This document shows, piece by piece, positions 40,001 to 52,326 of a stretch of 64,000 nt of DNA (positions are counted from its first letter, which is position 1; each line of letters opens with the position of its first letter). The stretch spans positions 180,854,001 to 180,918,000 of the forward strand of contig OZ024740.1 of assembly GCA_964016885.1 (NCBI GenBank), written 5' to 3'. The notes below the pieces were generated by a model. The model worked only from the letters and a program-made list of their open reading frames with translations. It was not told the origin of the DNA and ran no database searches. The translations under genes and the position numbers were made by a program. The DNA is from Eledone cirrhosa (Eukaryota).

Positions 40001-42843
40001 AAGGAGAGGTTGACGGGTGCAATCGTCAACAACCGATGGTGGGCATCTCTCAAAAGAGAGATTAGAACAGAATCAATAAGTTATAGCAAGATGTTAGCTG
40101 CCGATAGGAATAGAAACGAGAAAGAATTAACAGGTAAATTAGAAGAGGCAATCAAGAGCGAAGATGTGGCCAGAGTGCTGGCATCGAGGACGGCCTTGAA
40201 CCAGTTTTTCGATGCAAAGCACGAAGGCTGCGTCATTCGAAGTAAAATACGTGCTCTAGGTAATGAGGGGGCCAAAGCCGTTGGATGGGCCCGCGTGACA
40301 GAAGCTAAGAGTGGAAATCGATCCACCATCCGGTCGTTGCAAGACGAAGATGGACGGGTGATCCGGTAGCCTAAGCAGATATGCGAGGCCTTTCAAAGGC
40401 ACTTTGCCCGATTTTTCGGGGGAGGCGAGGGTCCGGGCGGGGGCGTGGATTTCGGTCCATACCTCGACGGCCTGCCGCGTCTCTCGAACGAAGAGGCAGA
40501 GTCCTGCGAGGGACCAACCTCGGCTGATGAGATCGGAGATGCGCTGAGCCAATGCAGCAGACGCAAATCTCCAGGTCTCGATGGTATACCTTACTAACTT
40601 TATTTAGCAATGCCGGTCTTCTTCTCCGAACTCCTCGAAGCAGTCTACTACAATTGGCAGCAGAACGGGAGAATTCCTTGTTCTGTAGCCAAGGGCGTAG
40701 TCACGCTGGTGAGGAAGGACGAGAACAAGGGGGATAGTATAAATAATTTTCGGCCCATAACCCTGCTAAACACAGAGTTAAAGATTTTGGCCAAGGTGTT
40801 AGCAAAGAGGTTGGCGCTTGTCGTGGGTGGACTGGTGGGAGATGCGCAGACATGTGCTATCCCATCCAGGTCCATTCACAATAACCTCCACCTCATGCGA
40901 TACATCATAGAGATGGTTGGCAACAAACCCGGCTTAGGTGTGGCCCTGATCAACTTGGATCGGTCTAAGGCCTTCGATAGGGTCGACCATGGTTACCTGG
41001 ATGCGGTGCTAGCGGCGGCTGGGTTCGGTCCTGTTTTCAGAGGCTGGATCACTGCCCTACATAGCAACCACATCTGTTCTAGGATCAAGGTGAACGGCTA
41101 CCTTTCGATGCCGTTCGAAATCACACGATCCATTCGACAGGGGTGCCCACTCTCCTCCGTTCTGTACGTATTGACTCTCGAGCCTTTACTGAGGAAGTTG
41201 GAGTTGTTGCAGGGTATCCCCCTGGAACCAGGATTGAGCAAAGCGGTGTCGGCCTACGCCGATGACGTAACAGTAATGGTATCGACCGACTCGGAGATCG
41301 AGTCGATCGGTACCTTACTGGAGGAGTACGAAAGGTTGTCAGGAGCGAAACTGAACCGGGAAAAATCCATCGAGCTGCAACTCGGAACGTGGAGAGGCAG
41401 ACCGATGCCTCCTGACGGTGTCGTAGGACACTGGACGGAGGGCCCGGTAAAGTTGCTTGGGGTCTGGTTTGGACCGGACCTCCAGGTGGAAAAGAACTGG
41501 AACGAGGTTACGAACAAGGTGTTTGCACTAACCCAGAAATGGGCCAAGTGTAAGCTGTCCCTAAAAGGCCGGGCGGAGGTGGCGAACATTTACATAGCGT
41601 CCGTCACTTACTACCGCCTGACTGTCGTGCCTTGCCCTAAGGAAACACTCACCACCATGGAACGCATGCTCTTCCAATTTCTTTGGAAGAAGCGCCCTCC
41701 TATGGTGAGAAGATCCATCTGCTGCCAACAACCTTCGAAAGGAGGGCTGGGGATGCCGTGGTTGATGATGTGTAGGCACGCATTAAGGCTACGGCACCTA
41801 CAGGTATTCCTCACTGGTCAACCGGTGTGGGCTCCGTTCGTGAAACGAGCCTTTCCGAGACTCGTCTCGCTCACCGAGCTACAGTCCTGGGTCAAGCAAA
41901 GATCCGGAAAACTGGGAGACTGGCACACTGAGTGTGCTCAGGCGCTCAGGGCTCTCTGGCAAGCGGGCCAGGCCATCGGTGGAGAATCCACCTCATCATT
42001 CTATAGAGGGCTGGTGGCTAGCAGGGGCGATGACACCCTTGGAGAGTCGCTGGACATGGAAGAAGACGAACTGGCCAGCCTGTTCGGTAGGACTTTCGGC
42101 CCAGGACCAATGGACAACTCCCAGAAGTCACTGGCCTGGCAGTGCTACCGGGGGGCTCTACCCGTTCGAGAGAGGCTCTACAGACACGGGCGCCCGGGCA
42201 GGGATCCCTCAAAAAAGATTTGCCCTAGATGCGTGCGTCACGAAGAAACCGTTGCGCACGCATTGGTGCAATGTCCGGGCGTGGCTGATCTGTGGGGCTA
42301 CGCCGAACGACTGCTGTCGCGGGTGGCGCCGATTAAATTGACCGCCGAGTCCGTGATGACAATCAAACCGCCTCCCCTCTTCACAAAGGAAGCAAAGGCG
42401 GTTTTTCTGTGCGTAATAGCCATGTTGAAAGAGGTTGTTTGGTGGACACGATTGAAAGGTCTGAGGTCAGGCAACTTCCTCTCTGGCCATAGTCTGGTCT
42501 ACTTCTTCCGATATCACTTCGGAAGAAGGATAAGAATTGAGAGAGAGGTGCTTGGCCACAGGCAGTTTTATGAAAGGTGGGTGTAAATGGCTCGTGTAAA
42601 TGGGCCTTCTCTGTATACCATCCTGTAGGTAAAGAAGTAAAGGAGAGGGGAGCACCTTCTCCATGTGCTCCCCGGGCAAAGGATTGCACACTTTTTCGGG
42701 GGTGTGTGCAACCCCCATCACGTCCCCTCCCTTTTGAGGTTATTTTCGATTATTTTTATGTTACACCCTTTTTACTCGATTATATGTAAACTCCCCCTTT
42801 GTATTTGTCCCTTCTTTTTATGCCTTTATGGTAAATAAAGAAA
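37035..42843 (+). mobile_element. Tx1/L1-clade copy E3 (TCTA-bounded group), full length, degenerate
   Basis: ORF1 ~37268-39167 with CCHC knuckle CHICAGRGHLKAAC. ORF2 39201-~42628 (APE, RT with AYADD, CPRC..H..C). AATAAA at 42834, then (TCTA)n 42844-42869. Confidence 0.93.
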
Positions 42844-42869
42844 TCTATCTATCTATCTATCTCTCTATC

Positions 42870-45800
42870 AGACGTGTGTAACTTCGCGGAGAAGTTTCCG
42901 TTAATTTATGTAAGAAAAAAACGTGAGTTTTTAGTTAAATTTTATATCATTGTGTAACTTGACCACCCGTCTGGACCTTCAGGTGGTGGGTCAACTCATT
43001 TTCGCCCCTACAGGGGCGAAATATCCATTTAAAAAAATGTTCTCCATCGAATCTTGGAAAAAATATTGTAAAATTTTGATTACGTTATGAACGCTGCATC
43101 CAACGATAATGGTGGTGGAGAGGCGGTAAGACTACAAAGCTCGCAGTCAACAACGTCTTCTTCACTAGATACTATAGAGATGGAAAGACAAAATGAAAAT
43201 AAAAAAACGAATTCATATCCAAACAACACAAATGACACCAAACAGTTCAATGACAACAAAAATAACAGCAAAACCAATAATGATGATAAAAGCAACAATG
43301 ATAACAACAACAAATAAAAAAATAAAGACAACACCAATAACACCAGCATCAAAGACAACAACAACACCAAGGAAAATACGGATGATACCAACATCGGTGA
43401 CAACAAGAATAACAACAACAATAACAACAATAATGACAACACCACCAATACGGATTCCACAAAGAAACCAGAAATCTCCTTTGCAGAGAAAGTTCAAAAG
43501 AAGGAAGAATTGATATATCTCGACATAACCAATGCTGAACAACAATATGTCACTTTCGAAAAAAATGGTGCTTTCAGCATCAATTCTCCGGTAGAAATTC
43601 GCAAGGGAACTGCTCTCAAAACGATAATTTTTAGGACAGTTTCCAAGTCTACCCGAAAACCAGTCCAATTGTCACAGAAAGAATATGGACTGGTTTTCAA
43701 AAGTTCAATGAATGATATTGCATTCATTCAAAGAAGCAAACCTTTTGGGAGTATTTCGGTACTCATGAAGGATCAATTGACGGCCCAAAATTACTCTGTG
43801 TCGCCAATTGTATGTAACCTGTACACCTTTTTCCCTACATACATGGGAAAAAGGATACAAAAGATCAGAATCACGAGTGTCACACCAAAGGTGAAGATAT
43901 GGTGGATACTGTGCGGCTTCATCAATTTTGATGAAGACAGAATACTGTCAGTAGGAAAGTCCCCCAGAGATGTATCAATGGGACTAGCATTGAATTTCTG
44001 GTGCAAATGAGCCCAGAGGAATAGCTATGATCCCACAGCGTGTACTCCTGGACGGACTAACCTACATAAACTTTTCGGTTGAGGGTAGGCGGCCTTCATT
44101 TTACCATTGCTTTAGCAGAGGTCACCTGAGGGATTCCTGTCCTAAATTAATGAACCAAAAAAAGGCTCTTCTGCCGACACCCATCAAAACAACACAACCA
44201 CCAACACCACCACAACAACAACACCACCAACACACAAAAATAACCACAACAAACACAGTCCCACCCAACCCCACTCCACCTAAAACCACTGCAAAATCAC
44301 ATACAGACACACCAGCTCCCCAAGACATACCCCTCCCCAATCACACAGACGATACAACAGATGAGGCTATCTCGCCATCACACAGTGAAGACGAGGGAGA
44401 ACCCCATCGCTCGAAAAGAAAGAAAAGACATCACAAAAGCAAAAAACCAGCAAACACTACCACAAACATACAATCACCAACACAAATAACAAAAGTATCA
44501 CAAACAAAACCCCCACCTCCTGAAAACAAAATACCTACAACAAAACGAAAGCACACACAAGAACTACAGACAAAAAGAAACACAACACAAGAAAATTACA
44601 CTAACACTTACATAAACACTGAAAACAAAACACTAATGGAGACCATCACGAACGACCCTTCGAACGACCCTAAAAATAGCAAAAACTGAACCTAAAACTG
44701 ATTAGGGTCCCTATACATACTTATAGGTCCCTAAAAGAAACATTTGAGAAGGATGTGGGTAATTCCTGCGTGAAACCACTCAACCTCGTCCTTCTCAAAT
44801 GCCTCCCCACCTCAGACACCCCCATCCCACCAGACCCCACACCACCAAACATCTGCGTCCCCACCCCGCCGGAAACCACCACCCATCCAGACAACCCTTC
44901 CAACACCCCCATGGAAATCGTGCGGCCTGGTCCCCAGGAGGCGAAGGGTGAGTGATCTCTTTTCCTCTTTTAACTTTTCAGCACCAACATGGCCGATATA
45001 AGAGTTGGCTGTATGAACGTACGCGGCCTGGGGATGCCCTGGAAACAGGGCAAACTCTTAAACGAACTCAGGTCGCACAGTATGGATGTGGTAGACATTT
45101 GCGAGTCCAGGATCGACGGCGAGCGACAGCTGGCCCCAATCTTCGATGACTTTGAGATCTACGCATCTCTCTGTCAATCGGGGGGTGGGGGCGGAGTTGC
45201 CGTTTTGCTGCGGAAACACCTGGGCCTCGTAACACAGACGGTACATCTGGACCCGGAGGGTCGACTGGTGGTCCTAGACGTTGACGGTAGTGAAGGTGGA
45301 GCCTTCAGGCTGGTGGCTGCATATGCACCATCCGGGACACCGCGGCCAGACTTCTTCAAACGTCTAGAGACTTTTATGGGAACGTCCCGCTCCTTGCTTT
45401 TAGTGGGGGACTGGAATGGAATCCTAGATGCACGGTGGGACTATGTGGGAGCATGTCCCGATAAAGGGGGGTGTAACAGCCTCAAACAGTTAATCGACCG
45501 ATTTGACCTGGCTGAGAGATATTGACTAGATTTTCCGACTGCGCCACTGTGGACGTGGAGTAATCGTAGCGGAACATCGAGATCGTACCTAGATAGGGTT
45601 CTAGTTAGAAATAAGGATAGGGACATGTTAAGCTGTCCACAACTGTTCATGGTTGCCTATTCAGATCACAAACTAGTGACCTGCATGGCCAACCTTGATA
45701 GAACCCATAGACAAGGACCCGGCTACTGGAAGCTGAACTTGTTGTTACCGACAAGCAAAGCCTACAGTAGACGGATTAGCACTTTAGTTAAACAGCACTT

Positions 45801-46535
45801 GACAGGGGCCATTGTCAACAACAGATGGTGGTACTCTCTCAAGAGGGCAGTTAGATTAGACTCGATAGTTTTTAGTAAAGAATTAGCGTTAGATAGAAAT
45901 AGAACCGAGAAGGAACTGGTAGATAAAGTAGAAGAGGCAATTAGAAGTGGCAACGTAGCCAGCGTGCGAGCAACGAGAACGGCCTTGGACCAGTTCTTCG
46001 ACGCAAAGCACGAGGGCTGCGTTGTCAGAAGCAAAATACGTGCTCTGGGAAACGAGGGAGCCAAAGCTGTTAGCTGGGCACGAGTGACGAAGGCAAAAAG
46101 TGGCAACAAGTCCACGATTCGGTCTTTGAAGGACCAAAACGGACGCGTGACACGTGAGCCGAAGCAGATGTGTGCGGCTTTTCAGCGGCACTTTGCTCGG
46201 CTGTTCGGGGGGAGCGGCGCGCCGGGAGAGGCTATGGATTTCGGTCCATACCTCGACGGCCTACCGCGACTCTCGCACACGAGGCAAAGTTCTGCGAAAA
46301 GCCGATTTCAGCCACTGAGATAGGGGACGCGCTGAGCCAATGCGGCAAACGCAAATCTCCAGGTCTCGACGGTCTACCCTACGAATTTTACGTAGCAATG
46401 CCGGACTTATTCTCCAGTCTCCTGGAAGCGGTCTACTGCAACTGGCAACAGAACGGGAGAATTCCCAGTTCTGTGACCGAGAGCGTAATCACGTTAGTCA
46501 GGAAGGACGAGAACAAGGGGGATGACATAGGCAAT
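42870..46535 (+). mobile_element. Tx1/L1-clade copy E4 (TCTA-bounded group), 3'-truncated within the RT
   Basis: 5' UTR homologous to E3. ORF1 fragments 43087-44955. ORF2 from 44989 ends at KDENKGDDIGN, followed by (ATT)5. Confidence 0.92.
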
Positions 46536-46702
46536 TATTATTATTATTGGGTCTGAACGGACTTCTTTTTGCTCGCTCTCGTAAGTTTATTTATTTACCT
46601 GTCAAATCTTATTTATTGAATGTTTTGTTGTTGTGTAAGGCATGCACGCCCTTGCACTTTGCTCTGTAGAAGGGGAATGTATAATATTTGGGCCTATTGG
46701 CC

Positions 46703-48551
46703 TATTGATAAGATGGTAATGAGGAATTGCAAGAGGAGAAACGCTAGTCTTGCCATGGGATGGACAGACTACAAAAAGGCATTTGACATGGTGCCTCATT
46801 CTTGGATCACCAAAAGCCTAGAGATCTTCAAGGTGGCAGATAATATCAGACAGTTGTTGGGCAAAAGTATGAAGTCCTGGAAAACAGAGTTAACATCAGC
46901 TGGAGAATCCTTGGGAGGCGTGAAGATCAAGAGAGGTATCTTCCAGGGAGATAGTCTGTCCCCTCTGTTGTTTGTCCTTGCCCTGATGCCCCTGTCCATT
47001 ATACTGTGAAAAGTGAGAGCAGGATACAAGTTGGGAAAGGGAGAGCTTACCATCAATCACCTCCTCTTCATGGACGATCTTAAGCTCTTCAGGAAGAGTG
47101 AGAAGGAGTTGGATGTGCTTGTTGACACTGTCCGTATTTTCAGAAATGATATATGTATGCAATTTGGTATTAGTAAGTGTGGAGTCCTTGTGATCAAGAG
47201 GGGGTAAATTGAGCAGAAACAACGGAATTCAGGTACCAACAGGTGAGATGAAAAAGGAAATTGACACTGAAGAGGGATACAAGTATTTGGGTGTTGTGGA
47301 GGCTGAAGAACAAAAAAAATGAAGGATTTGATAAGATCTGTATACATTCGGAGAGTAAGGAGCGTATTAAAATCACATCTGAACAGTAGGAATGCCATAA
47401 GTGCAGTAAATTCCCGAGCTGTGTCTATTATTATGTACAGTGTGGGAATTCTGAGATGGAATGTTGCTGAACAAAAAGAAATGGATAGGAAGACTAGGAA
47501 GCTATTGACTATCTACAACATGTTCCACAAGAGGAATGATGTCGATAGACTCTACTTAAGGAGATCTGAAGGTGGAATATGTCTTATCAGCAGAGAGGAC
47601 TGTGTTCAGATGGAGAAAAAGAACCTACACAAATACGTAACTGATAGTAGGGAGCCAATGCTCAGAATTGTACTGAAGCAGAGGACAATAGACCAGGGGA
47701 TGTCCAAGGAGGAAATAACAACTAGGAGAAAGAGCAATCTTCTTGAAAAATCCCTTCATAGTACCTTCTTTGAGAAAACTGAATGCAGAGATCCACAGAC
47801 ATGGAACTGGTTGAAAAGAGGAGACCTTGAAAAGGCTACAGAAGGAATGATAATGGCTACGCAAGAGCAGACCCTCAAGACGAAGTGGTTGAAACACCAT
47901 ATTTAAAAGGAGGAGGCTAGCCCACTGTGCAGGATCTTTGGGGAGAGAGAGGAGACTGTGGCTCAGATTGTATCCGAGTGTAAACACCTAGCCCAGACTC
48001 ACTATAATGGCTGGAGACATGATGTGATGGGCAGGGTGATCCACTGGCACCTATGCAAAGTAAACAATTTATCACATTCTGAGAAGTGGTATGAGCATAA
48101 ACCAGAGTCGGTGATTGAAAACGATCAGGTGAAGGTGCTGTGGTATTTTAGGATACAGACGGACAAGAAACTGGTGGTTTTGGACAAGGAAAAAAGATCG
48201 TGCCTGATTGTGGATGTGGCCTGCCCATTCGAAACGAGAGTGCAAGAGAAGGAGAGGGAGAACATTAACCGATGCCAGGACTTAAAGTGGGAGATAAAAA
48301 GGATTTGGAACAGCCATGAAATCAAAGTGGTCCCGATTGTCATAGGCGCACTAGGTACTATCTGAAAAGATTTCCAGGGATGGTTAAAGAAGATTGGCCC
48401 AACCACGCCTTTTGGAACGCTTCAAAAGCATGCTTGCTTGGAACAGCAAGAACCCTCCGATACGTCCTGAATATCTGGGGCTTTAGGTGGTGGCTTGATA
48501 TTCATTTCAACAAACTTTCCAGTTAACTAACATCAATGAGTTAGACTCAAA

Positions 48552-48552
<1 letters not shown>
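46703..48552 (+). mobile_element. R4/Dong-clade RLE non-LTR retrotransposon copy D1, 5'-truncated, degenerate
   Basis: DYKKAFDMVPH, RGIFQGDSLSPLLF, HLLFMDDLKLF, RHD and IVDVACP motifs; close to D2; (AAT)n tail. Confidence 0.92.

Positions 48553-48609
<57 letters not shown>
48553..48609. repeat. (AAT)19 tract shared tail-to-tail by D1 and E5
   Basis: Direct reading. Confidence 0.96.
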
Positions 48610-48611
<2 letters not shown>

Positions 48612-48871
48612 TTTCTTTATTAACCACAAGGGTTTACATAAAGTAGACATTAAGGACAGTGCAGGACAATGCAGGACGGTACAAATGGGCATTTCTGCGT
48701 GTAAAAAAACAAAAACAGAGGAAGTAACAAAAATAACAATGAAAATAACAATGAAAAATTCCCCAATAGGGGGGAGACTTCGGAGGGACATTTGTGGAGA
48801 AAGCCCAGTAAAAAGCCACAATGACCCTGACCACCAAGGCAAGTGCCCTCTCCCAGTTTTCCACCTTTAGT

Positions 48872-51800
48872 TTACAGATATATACTCAGAGTCGGCCCAT
48901 TCACTCGGGCCATTCTTGCTTCTCTCACCCATCTTTCAACAAAATGCTGGGAAGAGAGCACTTCCTTCTCTACTCTGATTTTCCTTTTCAAATGAAATTT
49001 GAAAAAGTCAATCAGAGCATCACCGAAGAGGTAAGTGCTCGTCTTCAGCCCTTTCAAACGTGTCCACCATACTATCTCTTTCGCCATGGCCACCAGACAG
49101 ATAAAAACTGCCTGCCCTTGCCGGCTAAAGGAGGAGGGCGGGGAAATCCTCACGATAGACTCAGATGATAGCTGGATCCGTCCTAAACGCGACAGCAGGT
49201 GTTCGACATAAACCCACAAGTCAGCAATTTTCGGACACTGGACGAGTGCGTGCAGGACGGTTTCGTCGCCCTGCGCGCATCTCGGACATGCCCGGCTGAC
49301 GGCACCTCCATGCCTGTAGAGTTTATCCCGAACTGGCAAGGCTCCTCGGTAGCACTGCCAGGCCAGAGATTTCTGGAAGTTGTCCATAGGCCCCGGCCCG
49401 AAAGTTCTTCCGAAGAGATTGGCTAGTTTATTTTCGTCGACGCCTAGAGTTTCCCCAAGTACGTCGTCGCTCTTCCCCTCCACTAATCCTCTATAGAACG
49501 CCGAGGTGGAGTTTCCACCGATCACATTGCCCGATTGGCCGAGGGCTGTGAGCGCCTGAAGACATTCCAGTCTCCAGGCGCTCCCTCTCGGTCTTCGCTT
49601 GACCCAGGACTGCAGCTCCGTCAAGGAAACGAGCTGGGGAAACACGCGCCTAGCACACGGCGACCACACCTGATCACCGTCGAGGAAGAGGTGGAGATGT
49701 CGTAGCCTGAGCGCGTGCCTGCGCATCATCAGCCACGGCATGCCCAGCCCTCCACGTAGCGGGTGTTGACAACAGATGGACCACCTGACCATCGGAGCGC
49801 GTCCCTTCCACAAAAAGCGAAAGAGCAAACGCTCCAGCGCAGTCAGGCGAGGCTTAGGACAAGGTACGACGGTCAGACGGTAGCAGATGACGGACGCGAT
49901 GTACGCGTTAGCCACCTCCGCTCGACCTTTCAGGGATAGCTTCCTCTCCGCCCATTTCTGGGTGAGAGAAGCCATCCTGCTCGTCACCTCGTCCCAGTTT
50001 TTGTCCGTCTGGAGGTCCGGACCGAACCAGACCCCTAGCTATTTAACCGGTCCGTCCGTCCAGCGTCCGACGACGCTGTTGGACGGCATGGACCTGCCTC
50101 TCCAGGTGCCGAGCTGCAGGCCCACTGACTTTTCCTGGTTGATCATTGCTCCTGTCACCGCTTCGTATTCTCTTAGTGTAGTGCCGATCGCCTCGATGTG
50201 TTTGGCGCTCGACACCACTACGATGACATCGTCCGCATATGCTGACAATGATCTTCCGCATCCTAGTTCGCGCGGGACCCCCCTCAACGTCTTCAGTTTG
50301 TGCAGTAATGGCTCGAGAGTCAATACGTACAAGAGGGACGAGAGGGGACATCCTTGGCGGACCGAGCGCATGATGTTGAACGGTTCCGACAGGTGACCGT
50401 TCACTCTCACCACAGAGCAGATGTCGCTGTGCATGGCAGCGATCCAGCCTCTGAAGACGGGCCCAAAGCCAGCCGCCCTCAGGACTGCCGCTAGGTAACG
50501 ATGGTCGACCCTATCGAAAGCTTTCGACTGATCTAAATTGATCAAGGACCCACCCGTGCCAGGTTCCCTAGCTACCCTCTCTACGATGTATCGCATGAGG
50601 TGGAGGTTGTCGTGGATGGATCTCTCGGGAATGGCGCATGTCTGCGCCTCTCCCACCAGACCACCAACGACAAGCGCCAACCTCTTTGCTAGCACCTTGG
50701 CCAAAATCTTAAACTCTGTGTTTAGCAGAGTTATGGGCCTGAAATTATCTATGTTATCCCCCTTGTTCGGATCCTTTCTCAGCAGTGCCACCGCTCCTCG
50801 GCTCACAGAACTGGGAATTCTCCCGTTCTGTTGCCAGTTGCAGTAGACGTCCGCCAAGAGGCCTCCGAACAAGTCTGGCATCTGTACGTAAAGTTCATAG
50901 AGCAGACCATCCAAACCAGGCGATTTACCCCTTGTGCAGCCAGTCATTGCCTCCCTTACTTCAGCGGCTGTTATCGGCTTTTCGCAACACTTCGCCTCAG
51001 TGGCCGAGAGCCGCGGCAGTCCGTCGAGGTAGACACTAAAGTCCATCCCTCTACCCGGCCCACCGCTGCCCCCGAACAGCTGAGCGAAGTGTCGCTGAAA
51101 AGCTTCACACATTTGCCCGGGATCGAGTAGCATGCGCCCGTCGTGGTCCACCAAAGACCGGATCGTGGCTTTGTTGCCACGACGCGCCTCCGCCACTCGG
51201 GCCCATTGAACGGCTTTCGTCCCCTCGTGTCTGAGAGCACGCACCCTTGCTCTGACAACGCAGCCTTCGTGCTTTGCATTGAAGAATTGGTCAAGGGCCA
51301 ATTTCGCCGCAAGCACGTCGGTCGCAATGCCTTTGCTAAGCGCCTCGTCTAATTTTCTAACTAGTTCTCCCTCTGCTCTATTTTTCTCTATTGCTAAAGC
51401 CTTGCTAAACCTAATCGATTCTATTCTAATCGCTCTTTTCAGAGCAAACCACCACTTGTTGTTGACGATGGCCCCCGTCAACGCCCGCTTAACTAGTTCG
51501 CTAATCCGGTCTCTGTAGGCCTTGCGCGCTGGTAAGGACGCGTTTAGCTTCCAGTAGCCGGGTCCTCGTCTATGAAGCCTATCTAAGTCAAGCACACAGA
51601 TCACGAATTTGTGGTCCGTGTAGCTGACTATCTTGAATTGTGGACAGCCTATGCTAGACCTATCTATTTCCCTACAAAATACTCTATCTAGATATGATCT
51701 GGATGACCCTATGCGGTTTGTCCAAGTCCACATTGGCACATTCGGGAAATCCAATCGGTACCTGTCAGACAGTTCAAAACGCCTGAGCAGGTTGGTGAGG

Positions 51801-52291
51801 CTCTTGCACCCTCCACCCCTATCCGCTAATCCCACACAGTCCCAGCGTGCATCTAAGATCCCGTTCCAGTCGCCCACTAACACTAAAGAGCGGGACGTTC
51901 CAAGAAAGGTCTCCAGACGCCGGAAGAAATCAGGCCGCCCTGCTCCTGTCGGGGCATAGACGGCCACTAGCCTGAAAGCTTGCCCGTCTCCGCTGGTCAC
52001 GTCCAGCACCACCAGCTTACCCTCTGGGTCCAGGAAGATGGCCCGTATGGCGAGATCCAAACCTCTCCGAAAAAGCACAGCAACTCCTCCACCCGATCCA
52101 GGACGGCTGGGAGATGCGTACACATCGTAGCCGCCGAAGATGGGTGCGAAGGCCCGTGCTTCGGAGATTCTGGTCTCGCTGATGGCCACTACATCTATGT
52201 TTAGTGACCTGAGGTCGTTGAGCAGGTGACCCTGCTTCCATGACGACCCCAAGCCACGCGCATTTATGCTGCCTATTCTGAGTGAGGTCAT
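48872..52291 (-). pseudogene. E5 ORF2 (APE-RT-Cys/His, ~1139 codons) with a single in-frame stop at 50039-50041
   Basis: ORFs 50039-52291 and 48872-49987 are in the same frame. GPVK*LGVWFG here versus GPVKLLGV in other copies. AYADD is intact. Confidence 0.93.
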
Positions 52292-52326
52292 GTTTAAAAT
52301 AGAGTGGAAAAGATGGGAAAGACCAC

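Noticed and set aside
44948-44981. 34-nt GT..AG micro-intron fusing ORF1 to ORF2 in E4
   Set aside because: Too short for typical metazoan splicing, and a suitably placed AG is not conserved in the other four spacers
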